The notes under the pieces: model-generated
What the model was told of the DNA's origin: nothing
Seen by the model: only the letters and a program-made list of their open reading frames with translations
Databases searched by the model: none
Translations under genes and position numbers: made by a program
Shown here: positions 1 to 7,968 of the stretch, one piece after another
Numbering within the stretch: the first letter of the stretch is position 1
How the letters are laid out: each line of letters opens with the position of its first letter
DNA from: Chloroflexota bacterium
Lineage (GTDB): Bacteria > Chloroflexota > Anaerolineae > JACRMK01
Direction of reading: 5' to 3'
DNA length: 64,000 bases
NCBI GenBank assembly: GCA_016235055.1
Contig: JACRMK010000046.1
Location: 34,958-98,957, forward strand

Positions 1-122
1 GCATGATCAATGATGGTGTATCGTGGGAGCGTATTCTAGCCGAGATCGACAAGTGTGAAGTGCGATGCGCAAACTGCCATCGCAGGCGAACAGCCGCTCA
101 GTTCGGCTGGTGGAAGCATTGA
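1..122 (+). CDS. HNH endonuclease-like protein, 3' fragment (gene enters window from upstream)
   Basis: Frame 3 reads ...WERILAEIDKCEVRCANCHRRRTAAQFGWWKH then TGA at 120-122; the C-x2-C / C-A-N-C-H pattern matches the C-terminal zinc knuckle of HNH nucleases; too short to appear in ORF track. Confidence 0.4.
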   Translation, partial: MINDGVSWERILAEIDKCEVRCANCHRRRTAAQFGWWKH

Positions 123-135
123 CCAAACACAATTC

Positions 136-208
136 GGGCCTGTAGCTCAATGGTCAGAGCAGCGCCCTCATAAGGCGTTGGTTGCTGGTTCGAGACCAGC
201 CGGGCCCA
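136..208 (+). tRNA. tRNA-Met, anticodon CAT, elongator-type (could also be tRNA-Ile2 if lysidinylated)
   Basis: 73-nt cloverleaf folded by hand: acceptor GGGCCTG/CGGGCCC (one G-T wobble), D-stem GCTC/GAGC, anticodon stem GCGCC/GGCGT with loop CTCATAA, T-stem GCTGG/CCAGC with loop TTCGAGA; G1-C72 paired and no three G-C pairs in anticodon stem, so not initiator; CCA not encoded. Confidence 0.9.
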
Positions 209-224
209 TCCATCTTCGGACACA

Positions 225-253
225 AGCCGCCCTCACCGTGCGGCTTATTTTTT
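225..253 (+). terminator. Rho-independent terminator after tRNA-Met
   Basis: Hairpin AGCCGC-cctcaccgt-GCGGCT followed by T-run TTATTTTTT. Confidence 0.6.
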
Positions 254-278
254 GTCCACCTTTATGTGAGGTCTTGCC

Positions 279-1991
279 ATGCCCGATTTCTCAGCCCTGC
301 CGCGCTACGCGCCCCGCCAGTGGGTGCCCGACCGCTTCGACCCGTCCGAGCCGGCGCAGATCGAAACGCTGTACGACCAGCTCGCCGAGCAGAACCTGGC
401 CTCCCCGGCCGCGCTCGAGCAGTTTCTGCGCCGCTGGAGCGAGTTGACCGATGCGATCCAGGAAGTCGGCATCCGGTGCTATATCGCCATGACCTGCCAG
501 ACCGACGACGCGACTGCCGCCGAGGCGTACCGCCAGTTTGTCACCGGCGTCGCCCCGCTCGTCAAGCGGCGCGACAACGAACTGGAGAAGATGGTCCTCG
601 CCTCGCCCGCGCGCAGCGCGCTGCCGGCGGCGCGCTACGCCGTCTTCGACCGCGAGGTGACGCGGCGCGACGAGATCTACCGCGAGGCCAATGTCGCGCT
701 GGAGACGGAAGACGAACTGCTGGCGCAAGAGTACACGACGCTGATCGGGTCGCTGACCGTGCAGTTCGACGGCGAGGAGCGCACGCTGGCGCAGTTGTAT
801 CCGGTGCTCGAAGAAACCGACCGGGCGCGGCGCGAGGCGGCCTGGCGCGCCATGAACGAGCGGCGCTACCGGGAGCGCGAGAAGCTCGACGCCATCCTGG
901 ACCGCATGATCGGCCTGCGCGAGACGATCGCGTGCAACGCCGGCTTCGCCAACTTCCGCGACTACAAATTTGCGCAGTTGCTGCGCTTCGACTACACGCC
1001 GGCCGACTGCTTCGCCTTCCATGACGCGGTCGAGCGCCACGTCGTGCCCCTGCTGCGGCGCATCCAGGCCGCGCGCCGCGCGCAAATGGGGTTGGGCGCC
1101 CTGCGCCCCTGGGACACATCGGCCGACCCGCTCGGCCGGCCGCCGCTGCGCCCGTTCGCGACCGCCCGCGAGTTGATCGACGGCTGCGCGCGCATCTTCA
1201 CGCAGGTCGACCCGGCGCTGGCGGCGCAGTTCGCGCAGATGGACCAGCGCGGCGTGCTCGATCTGGAGAACCGCAAAGGCAAGGGACCGGGCGGCTACCA
1301 GGAGCTGCTGCCGGAGTCGCGCGTGCCGTTCATCTTCATGAATGCCGTCAGCACCGATGGCGACGTGATGACGCTGCTGCACGAGGGCGGCCATGCCTTC
1401 AACGCCTTCGCCACGCAGAGTGAATGGCTGAACACCTACCGCCACCCGCCGATGGAGTTTGCCGAGGTCGCCTCGATGAGCATGGAACTGCTCGGCGCGC
1501 CGCACATCGAGGCGTTCTACGCGCTGGCCGACGCGCAGCGCTCGCGCACGCAGCACATGGAAAGTACCGTGACGGTGCTCTCGTGGATCGCGATCGTGGA
1601 TGCGTTCCAGCATTGGCTGTACACCGCACCGGGCCACACGCACACGGAACGCAACGCGGAGTGGGCGCGCCTTTACGCGCGCTTCGGCGGCGAGGCCGAC
1701 TGGACTGGGCTGGAGGCGTACCGCGACAGCATGTGGCATCGCCAGTTGCACATCTTCGAGGTGCCATTCTACTACATCGAATACGGCATCGCGCAGTTGG
1801 GGGCGTTGCAGATCTGGCGCAACATGCGGCAGGACCGCGCCGCCGCGATCGCCGCCTACCGGCGCGCGCTGGCGCTGGGCGGCTCCCGGACCCTGCCGGA
1901 GATCTACGCCACGGCCGGCATCGAGTTCAAGTTCGACGCCGGCACCGTCGCGCCGCTGATGGAGCTCGTCGCGAAGGAACTGGGCATATAA
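279..1991 (+). CDS. pepF: Oligoendopeptidase F, M3B family zinc metallopeptidase
   Basis: 570-aa ORF, HEGGH zinc-binding motif (HExxH), overall PepF-like length and composition; GAGG upstream of ATG. Confidence 0.9.
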   Translation: MPDFSALPRYAPRQWVPDRFDPSEPAQIETLYDQLAEQNLASPAALEQFLRRWSELTDAIQEVGIRCYIAMTCQTDDATAAEAYRQFVTGVAPLVKRRDNELEKMVLASPARSALPAARYAVFDREVTRRDEIYREANVALETEDELLAQEYTTLIGSLTVQFDGEERTLAQLYPVLEETDRARREAAWRAMNERRYREREKLDAILDRMIGLRETIACNAGFANFRDYKFAQLLRFDYTPADCFAFHDAVERHVVPLLRRIQAARRAQMGLGALRPWDTSADPLGRPPLRPFATARELIDGCARIFTQVDPALAAQFAQMDQRGVLDLENRKGKGPGGYQELLPESRVPFIFMNAVSTDGDVMTLLHEGGHAFNAFATQSEWLNTYRHPPMEFAEVASMSMELLGAPHIEAFYALADAQRSRTQHMESTVTVLSWIAIVDAFQHWLYTAPGHTHTERNAEWARLYARFGGEADWTGLEAYRDSMWHRQLHIFEVPFYYIEYGIAQLGALQIWRNMRQDRAAAIAAYRRALALGGSRTLPEIYATAGIEFKFDAGTVAPLMELVAKELGI

Positions 1992-1996
1992 GAAAA

Positions 1997-2027
1997 GACC
2001 CGAAGGGTTTGGGGAACCCTTCGGGTC
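1997..2027. terminator. Bidirectional terminator hairpin between convergent pepF and HAD hydrolase genes
   Basis: Near-perfect palindrome GACCCGAAGGGTT-tgggg-AACCCTTCGGGTC; member of a hairpin family reused at 17612, 23058, 28754 and 62679. Confidence 0.55.
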
Positions 2028-2037
2028 TGTCGTTCAT

Positions 2038-2688
2038 CTACTCCGCCATCACCCGCCAGCCGTGCTCGCGCGCCGCGGCCGCCAGCGGCTCGTCGGGCGC
2101 GACCGCCACCGGCGCGGCGCTCATTTGCATCATCGGCACATCGGCGGCGGTGTCGCCGTACGCCGCGACCAGCGCATCGCCGTTCAGCGCGGTGCGCAGG
2201 CGCTCGGCCTTCAGCGGGCCGACCGTCATCGGCCCGGTCAGCCGGCCGGTGGCGCGGCCATCGACCATCTCGAAGCCGGTCGCAATCGCCTCGGCCCCGA
2301 GCCGGCGGGCGAACGCTTCCAGCACGGGCAAGTACGAGCCGGAGGCCAGCACGACCCGGCGGCCTTCTTTCCGGTGCGCCTCCAGTTCGGCGATGACGGC
2401 CGCGCGCCGTTTCGGCCACAGTTCGTTCTCGACGACCCACTCGCCCATTTCGGCCAACTGCTCCGGCGTGCTGCCCTTAAACAGCCCAACCAGATCGATC
2501 AACCAACTCTGGCCGAACTTGTCGCGATCCATCCAGCCTAGTCGGACAGCGACGATGCCCGGCACGCGCGTGAAGAAGAAGCGGCGGTACGCGCCGGACT
2601 GGCCGCTCGCTTCCAGATAGCGGCCGATGCCGCGCCAGGTGGCGCCGCTCGACAGCGTCCCTTCCAGGTCCGATGCAACGACGGGCAT
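2038..2688 (-). CDS. HAD-superfamily hydrolase (HAD-IB / phosphoserine-phosphatase-like)
   Basis: 216 aa; N-terminal DLEGTL is HAD motif I (DxDGT-like); GAGGA upstream of start. Confidence 0.8.
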   Translation of the reverse strand: MPVVASDLEGTLSSGATWRGIGRYLEASGQSGAYRRFFFTRVPGIVAVRLGWMDRDKFGQSWLIDLVGLFKGSTPEQLAEMGEWVVENELWPKRRAAVIAELEAHRKEGRRVVLASGSYLPVLEAFARRLGAEAIATGFEMVDGRATGRLTGPMTVGPLKAERLRTALNGDALVAAYGDTAADVPMMQMSAAPVAVAPDEPLAAAAREHGWRVMAE

Positions 2689-2776
2689 GTGTTATGTCCT
2701 CGATCGCGTCGTGATGAATTGCCGATCCGCGAATAACGCGAATCGACGATACTTCTTCAAGTAGAGCGCGGTCTCA

Positions 2777-2920
2777 TGGTTGTCATGCTGAGCGCGAAGG
2801 TCGAACTATTGGCCTATCGTGCGCTTCGCGCGCGAAGCGCCTGAAATGCAGCACTTCAGATGTCTCGCGCGAGCGACGAGCCAAAGGAAAGAAGTCTTGC
2901 CTTCGCGCTCAACATGACAA
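2777..2920. repeat. MITE-like element, family 1 (terminal inverted repeats GTTGTCATGYTGAGCGCGAAGG)
   Basis: 22-bp terminal inverted repeats with one mismatch flank about 100 bp containing internal hairpins; related copies at about 17279-17415 and 28809-28950. Confidence 0.6.
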
Positions 2921-2950
2921 CATGACAAATTGGGGCACGGCCAAGTCGAA

Positions 2951-3337
2951 TCAGTATGACCACCACGTTTCCGCCGCGCGAGGGCGCCGCGCATACCATT
3001 CGACGAAGCGCAGTTCGCGGCGGCCTTGCGCCGGGGTGATCAGAATGGCGGTCTTCCCGTAGCGCACGCGGATGCGCTTGCGCAGGGATTCCTCGTCCCG
3101 GTCATGATCGACGACCGCGCGCTGGTGAACTGCCACGAACTCGTCGGCATAGCGCAGCCGCTCGTCCGGTGGCAGCGAAGCCCACCACGCCGACTCCGCA
3201 TTCACCTTATGTCGCTGGGCCTCGAATCGATAGTGCCGAATCGCCGTTTCCACAAGACTCTCCGCGTCGACCCCTTCGGCCTGCGCGGCCGCGCGGATCT
3301 GCGACGCCAGCGGCTCGTGAACCACCAATTCACTCAT
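2951..3337 (-). CDS. Hypothetical protein, possible ribbon-helix-helix N-terminus, last gene of metallophosphoesterase-amidohydrolase operon
   Basis: 128-aa reading frame inside track ORF 2951..3781 beginning MSELVVHEPL...; AGGAGG Shine-Dalgarno 5-10 nt upstream of its ATG, start lies 12 nt after the amidohydrolase stop. Confidence 0.6.
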   Translation of the reverse strand: MSELVVHEPLASQIRAAAQAEGVDAESLVETAIRHYRFEAQRHKVNAESAWWASLPPDERLRYADEFVAVHQRAVVDHDRDEESLRKRIRVRYGKTAILITPAQGRRELRFVEWYARRPRAAETWWSY

Positions 3338-3348
3338 CCGACCTCCTG

Positions 3349-4947
3349 TTACTTCCGCTCGTAGACGAACTTGCCGCCGACCATCGTCAGGTCCACCTTG
3401 ACGTCGGTGATGCGCGCCGGGTCGATCGTGAAGATGTCCTCGTTCAGCACGGCCAGGTCGGCCAGCTTGCGCGGCGAGATCGAGCCTTTGATGTTCTCTT
3501 CGCCGGAGGCGAACGCCGGGCCCATCGTAAAGCCGTACACCGTCTCCTCGACGGTCAGCTTCTGCTCCGGGTGCCAGCCGCCCGGCGGCGTGCCGTCCTT
3601 CTTCGTGCGGGTGACGGCGGCGTGGATGTTCGGCATCATGTCGAGCGGCTCGACCGGCGCGTCGGAGCCGAGCGCCAGCATCGCGCCCGAGTTCAGCAGC
3701 GTACGGAACGCGTATGTGCGCGCGGCGCGCTCCTTGCCCCAGAAGCGGTCGGCGTTGGCCATGTCGGCCGGCTGGTGGCACGGCTGCATCGAGGCGATGA
3801 CGCCCAGCTTGGCGAAGCGCCCGATGTCCGCGCTGTCCAGCGTCTGGCAGTGCTCGATGCGGCAGCGCAGTTGGCGCTCGGTCGGCCGCAGTTCTTCGTA
3901 GATGTCAAGCATCTCGCGGTTGGCGCGGTCGCCGATCGCGTGGATCGTCGTCGCCAGCCCGTTTTCGATCGCGCGCGACATGCGGTCGTGCAGGACCTCC
4001 AGCGGTGTGACGGCGATGCCGGTATTGGCCGGCGCGCCCTCGAACGGCGACAGCATCAGCGCCGTCTGCGAGCCGAGCGTGCCGTCGGAGAACAGCTTGA
4101 TGCCGCCGATACGCAGCCACTCGTCGCCGAGTCCGGTGCGCAGTCCGAGTGCAATGGCGTGGTCCAGGTCCTCGTCCGGGATGTACGCCAGCACGCGCAG
4201 GTTCAGCGCGCCGCGGTCCTTCAGCGCCTGGTACGCCCAGAGGTGATCCTTGAAGACGCCCTCGTTCGACATGTCGTGCACGCTGCTGATGCCGTGCTTG
4301 TGCGCGTACGCAATGCCATCCTTCATGGCGTTCAACGCGTCCTCGCGGGTCGTCGGCGGGATGAAGTTGCGCACCAGTCCCATCGCGCTTTCGCGCAGGA
4401 TGCCGGTCGGCTCGCCCGACTCGTCGCGGTCGATATGGCCGCCCGGCACGTCGGCCGTGTCTTTGTTGATTCCCGCGATCTGGAATGCGACCGAATTGCA
4501 CCAGAGCAGGTGCCCGTCCGTGCGGCTCAGTGCCACCGGATGGTTCGGCGCGACGCGATCGAGGTCCTGGCGCGTCGGGTAGCGGTTCTCGACCCACTCG
4601 GTCTGGTCCCAGCCACGCCCTTGAACCCACTGGCCGGCGGGCGTCTTCGCGACACGCTCGGCGACGCGCTTGAGCGCCTCCTCCAGCGACGGCAGATCGT
4701 TGTGATCGACCATCTGCATCGCCTGCGACATCGAGGCGAAGTGCAGGTGCGCGTCGCAAAACGCCGGCACCACGGTGCGCCCCTTCAGATCGACCGCCTC
4801 GACGCCGGGCCGGATCAGGTCCTTGAGGTCCTTGTCCATGCCGGCCGTGACGAACTCGCCGTTGCGAATCACGATCGCCTGCGCGCGCGGGCGGCGTGGA
4901 TCCATCGTATGAACGTTGCCGTTGTACAGCACCATGTCAATCTTCAT
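3349..4947 (-). CDS. Amidohydrolase family protein (metal-dependent hydrolase, amidohydrolase-3 / YtcJ-like)
   Basis: 532 aa; metal-binding H-x-H near N-terminus (CDAHLHF), C-terminal HAIGD and GSDAPV motifs typical of the family. Confidence 0.9.
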   Translation of the reverse strand: MKIDMVLYNGNVHTMDPRRPRAQAIVIRNGEFVTAGMDKDLKDLIRPGVEAVDLKGRTVVPAFCDAHLHFASMSQAMQMVDHNDLPSLEEALKRVAERVAKTPAGQWVQGRGWDQTEWVENRYPTRQDLDRVAPNHPVALSRTDGHLLWCNSVAFQIAGINKDTADVPGGHIDRDESGEPTGILRESAMGLVRNFIPPTTREDALNAMKDGIAYAHKHGISSVHDMSNEGVFKDHLWAYQALKDRGALNLRVLAYIPDEDLDHAIALGLRTGLGDEWLRIGGIKLFSDGTLGSQTALMLSPFEGAPANTGIAVTPLEVLHDRMSRAIENGLATTIHAIGDRANREMLDIYEELRPTERQLRCRIEHCQTLDSADIGRFAKLGVIASMQPCHQPADMANADRFWGKERAARTYAFRTLLNSGAMLALGSDAPVEPLDMMPNIHAAVTRTKKDGTPPGGWHPEQKLTVEETVYGFTMGPAFASGEENIKGSISPRKLADLAVLNEDIFTIDPARITDVKVDLTMVGGKFVYERK

Positions 4948-6343
4948 CGTGTCGTTGTCTCCCGGGAAGTAATGCTCGCAAGCGGGCGAGCAGGTTGCTC
5001 ACAAAATCGGCCAGCCGCTGCAGGATGCCTGGCGCGGCCGGCGGCGCATCGACGAGGCTGGGCGGGGCGTGCTCCAGCAGACGCGCTGTCACGCCGCCGG
5101 CGTCGTCAAAGTCGAGACGCGCATAGTTGAGGCGACGCAGGGCGGCGTATGCGTCCGGTTTAGCGAACAGTTCGCGCCAGCGGCTGTCGTTGGCCCCGGA
5201 CAGGTCCAGTTGCCAGACCCAGCAGCCGGTATTGATGTAGCGCGCGCCGTTCCGCAACTCCATATCGACCGGCCGGTGCGTGTGCCCCAGCAGGACGACC
5301 GTCGCGCCATTCGTCTGCGACAACTGGGCGGCGCCGTCGATCAGGCGACGGTCCTGCTCCTCCTGCATCTGCTGAGCCGTCGCCTGCGGATCGGCCGACG
5401 CGCCGGGCGCCGGCGTTTCGCGGGCGACCGCGTCCATTTCATCCAGCGCGTGGCCCAACAGCGCATGCACTTCGGCGCGATAGGCGTCGCTGGTGCGGTA
5501 GCGCTGGGCAGCGAATTCGGGGTTCGTTTGCAGGTTCGTCAGCCACGAATCGCGGATCTCGTCGCGCACGCCGGCCAGGCGCGGCGCGGCGCGCAACAGC
5601 GCGACCAGCGTGCGGAACGCAAACGACGGGTCGTATTTGAGCGCGTGCCAGACCAGCGCGCCGATCGGCTTGACGCCGTCCACCCAGTACTTGTCGCGCT
5701 CGACGCGGTTGAAGAACTCGATGACGAACTTCGAGCCCCACGGCGTCTCGATCTGCGACGGATCGCCCGGCGCGAGCGGCGCAGCCATGTCCCGGAACCG
5801 GTTGGCCGACTCGGCGTACTGGTTGCCATGTTCCATGCAGGCTGCCCCGTGCCGGTAGCTGACGGCTGGGAACTCCACCAGCGTGCGCCGCTCGCCGCCC
5901 GCGCCGATCGCCTCGCGCAGCGCCTCCTGCACGGCCGACCAGTACCAGTGCGGGTCGTGGTTGCCGCGCAGGATGACGAGCCGGCGGCGCGGCGCATCGG
6001 CGCGCAGCCAGTCGCGCAGCGCGTCGAACAGCGGCCCATGCCCGGCGATGACGTGCCGCAGCCGCTGGGCCGACGCGCTCGGGCCCATATCGGCGTAGTC
6101 GGCGGGCGGGTAGTCCTGCGCGGGATCAAACGAAGCAGCGCGTGGCACCTGCAGGAACTCGACGAAATCGCCGTTGATGACCAGTTCGGCGGCGCGGCCG
6201 CTCTCCTCGCTCTCGCGCGCCAGCGCGGCCAGCAGCGAGGCGAACGCGCCATCGCTGGCGAAGTCTTCGAGCGTGTTTCCGGCGTAGAACCGGCCCGCCC
6301 CGAGATGCAGATCGCTCAGGACGGCGACGATATCGCCTGCCAT
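4937..6343 (-). CDS. Metallophosphoesterase (calcineurin-like phosphoesterase)
   Basis: Start chosen at MAGDIVAVLSDLHLG (7 codons downstream of alternative ATG at 6364; track ORF begins further upstream at 6460); D-x-H, GDFVE, GNHD metallophosphatase motifs; 3' end overlaps amidohydrolase start by 11 nt. Confidence 0.85.
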   Translation of the reverse strand: MAGDIVAVLSDLHLGAGRFYAGNTLEDFASDGAFASLLAALARESEESGRAAELVINGDFVEFLQVPRAASFDPAQDYPPADYADMGPSASAQRLRHVIAGHGPLFDALRDWLRADAPRRRLVILRGNHDPHWYWSAVQEALREAIGAGGERRTLVEFPAVSYRHGAACMEHGNQYAESANRFRDMAAPLAPGDPSQIETPWGSKFVIEFFNRVERDKYWVDGVKPIGALVWHALKYDPSFAFRTLVALLRAAPRLAGVRDEIRDSWLTNLQTNPEFAAQRYRTSDAYRAEVHALLGHALDEMDAVARETPAPGASADPQATAQQMQEEQDRRLIDGAAQLSQTNGATVVLLGHTHRPVDMELRNGARYINTGCWVWQLDLSGANDSRWRELFAKPDAYAALRRLNYARLDFDDAGGVTARLLEHAPPSLVDAPPAAPGILQRLADFVSNLLARLRALLPGRQRHDED

Positions 6344-6349
6344 GCGCGG

Positions 6350-6355
6350 ATTATA
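6350..6355 (-). promoter_or_regulatory. -10 hexamer TATAAT 6 nt upstream of metallophosphoesterase ATG (leaderless-type promoter)
   Basis: mRNA-sense sequence TGGTATAATCCGCGCATG; spacing fits a transcript starting at or next to the start codon. Confidence 0.5.
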
Positions 6356-6523
6356 CCACGGCATGACGGCGTGACAGGATGACAGGCTGGCCGGGTGACA
6401 CGGTGACACGATGAAGAGATGACGGGATAACACGATGACAAGGGGCAGCTTGGGGCGCACTATGAGCGCAGATTCGCGTTATTCGCGGACAGGTTGTTTT
6501 TAAGAAGTCCGACGGTTTGACGG

Positions 6524-6529
6524 TATAAT
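6524..6529 (+). promoter_or_regulatory. -10 hexamer TATAAT 7 nt upstream of epimerase ATG (leaderless-type promoter)
   Basis: GGTATAATGCCGCGTATG; no Shine-Dalgarno between box and ATG at 6537. Confidence 0.5.
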
Positions 6530-6536
6530 GCCGCGT

Positions 6537-7487
6537 ATGTCCTTATGTCTCGTAACCGGCGCGGCTGGCTTTGTCGGCTCGACGCTATCTGAGCGGCTGC
6601 TTACCGACGGCCACACCGTCGTCGGCATCGATTGCTTCACTGACTATTACGCACGCGACGTCAAAGAGAGCAACCTTGCGACGCTGCGCCGACACCCGCG
6701 TTTCACGCTGATCGAGCGAAACCTCGCGACCGGCGACCTCTCGGACGTCATCGACGGCGTTGATGCCGTGTTTCACCAGGCCGGCCAGCCCGGCGTCCTG
6801 CCCTCCTGGGGCCGGCTGTTCGACCAGTACGTGACCAACAACATCATCGCGACACAGCGCTTGCTCGAAGCGCTCAAGGGGCGGCCGCTGCAGCGCTTCG
6901 TTTTCGCCTCGTCGTCCACCGTGTACGGCGAAACGCCCGACCTGCCGGTGCGCGAGACCTCCCTGCCGCGCCCGATCGTGCCGTACGGCGTCACCAAGCT
7001 GGCCGCCGAGCACCTGGTCAATATGTACCACCTCAACTTCGGGCTGCCGGCCGTGATCCTGCGCTACTTCAGCGTGTACGGCCCGCGCCAGCGGCCCGAC
7101 ATGGCGCTCCACAAGTTCATCAATGCCATCGCGCGCGGCGAGACGATCCAGATTCGCGGCGACGGCGAGCAGACGCGCGATGCGACGTACGTGGACGACA
7201 TCGTCGAGGCGAACGTGCTGGCACTGCGCGCCGGCGACGGCGTGCTCGGCAGCGTGTTCAACATCGGCGGCGGCGAAAGCGCCAGCGTGAACCAGATCAT
7301 TCAGCACATGGAGCAGATCATCGAGCGCGCCGCCGTGACGACCCATGTGCCGACGCAGCCCGGTGAACTGCGCCACCAGTGGGCCAATACGAGCCGCGCG
7401 CACGACGCGCTCGGCTTTGCGCCGCACATGCCGTTCAGTCAGGGCTTGCGCCACCAGATCGAATGGCAAATCGGCGGCGGCCAATGA
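6537..7487 (+). CDS. NAD-dependent epimerase/dehydratase (SDR family, UDP-sugar 4-epimerase-like)
   Basis: N-terminal TGAAGFVGS Rossmann motif, YxxxK catalytic pair (YGVTK); start taken at second ATG (MSLCLV). Confidence 0.9.
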   Translation: MSLCLVTGAAGFVGSTLSERLLTDGHTVVGIDCFTDYYARDVKESNLATLRRHPRFTLIERNLATGDLSDVIDGVDAVFHQAGQPGVLPSWGRLFDQYVTNNIIATQRLLEALKGRPLQRFVFASSSTVYGETPDLPVRETSLPRPIVPYGVTKLAAEHLVNMYHLNFGLPAVILRYFSVYGPRQRPDMALHKFINAIARGETIQIRGDGEQTRDATYVDDIVEANVLALRAGDGVLGSVFNIGGGESASVNQIIQHMEQIIERAAVTTHVPTQPGELRHQWANTSRAHDALGFAPHMPFSQGLRHQIEWQIGGGQ

Positions 7488-7876
7488 GCGCAACGGATCC
7501 ATCGCTGACGCGCGTCTTCATCATTCTTGCGATCAACATCGTTTCGAGCGTCAGCGGCCAGTTGCTGCTCAAGCTCGGTATGCGCAATGCCGGCGGGTTT
7601 TCGCTGGATGCCATCGCGCAGGACCCGCTGGTCATTCTGCGCATCGTGTTTAACCCGTTCGTCTTCGTCGGTCTGGTGCTGTACGTGGTGAACGTCTTCC
7701 TCTGGCTCGACGTCATCTCGCGCGCCGACCTGTCCTTCGTCTACCCCTTCCTGAGCCTCTCGTACGCCGCTGTCGTCATCGCCTCGTGGCTGATCCTCGG
7801 CGAGCAGATGTCGTGGATCCGGCTCGTCGGCGTCGCGGTTGTGACCGTCGGCGTCTATCTCATCTCCCGCAGTTAG
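7484..7876 (+). CDS. EamA-like small membrane transporter (ArnE/ArnF-like flippase subunit)
   Basis: 130 aa, four hydrophobic helices; ATGA start-stop overlap with epimerase gene indicates translational coupling. Confidence 0.7.
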   Translation: MSATDPSLTRVFIILAINIVSSVSGQLLLKLGMRNAGGFSLDAIAQDPLVILRIVFNPFVFVGLVLYVVNVFLWLDVISRADLSFVYPFLSLSYAAVVIASWLILGEQMSWIRLVGVAVVTVGVYLISRS

Positions 7877-7968
7877 CACGTACGATTCTTCGCGGCGACG
7901 CAGCGGCACAGAGAAGATCCCTATGGTTCTCTCCATGTCTCCGTGGTGGCCTGGTTCTGGTTTGGCTG

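Noticed and set aside
136-208. tRNA as initiator tRNA-fMet
   Set aside because: Position 1 and 72 are Watson-Crick paired and the anticodon stem lacks the three consecutive G-C pairs characteristic of bacterial initiator tRNA
209-212. TCCA after the tRNA as a genomically encoded CCA tail
   Set aside because: An encoded CCA would have to follow the discriminator base directly; here a T intervenes, and the acceptor stem only pairs if A208 is the discriminator
291-1751. 486-aa ORF antisense to pepF
   Set aside because: Arg/Ala/Gly-rich low-complexity translation typical of the reverse strand of high-GC genes; fully overlapped by a gene with a clear HExxH peptidase signature
3169-5130. 653-aa ORF antisense to the amidohydrolase and metallophosphoesterase genes
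   Set aside because: Same high-GC antisense artefact; no motifs; spans two well-supported genes on the other strand
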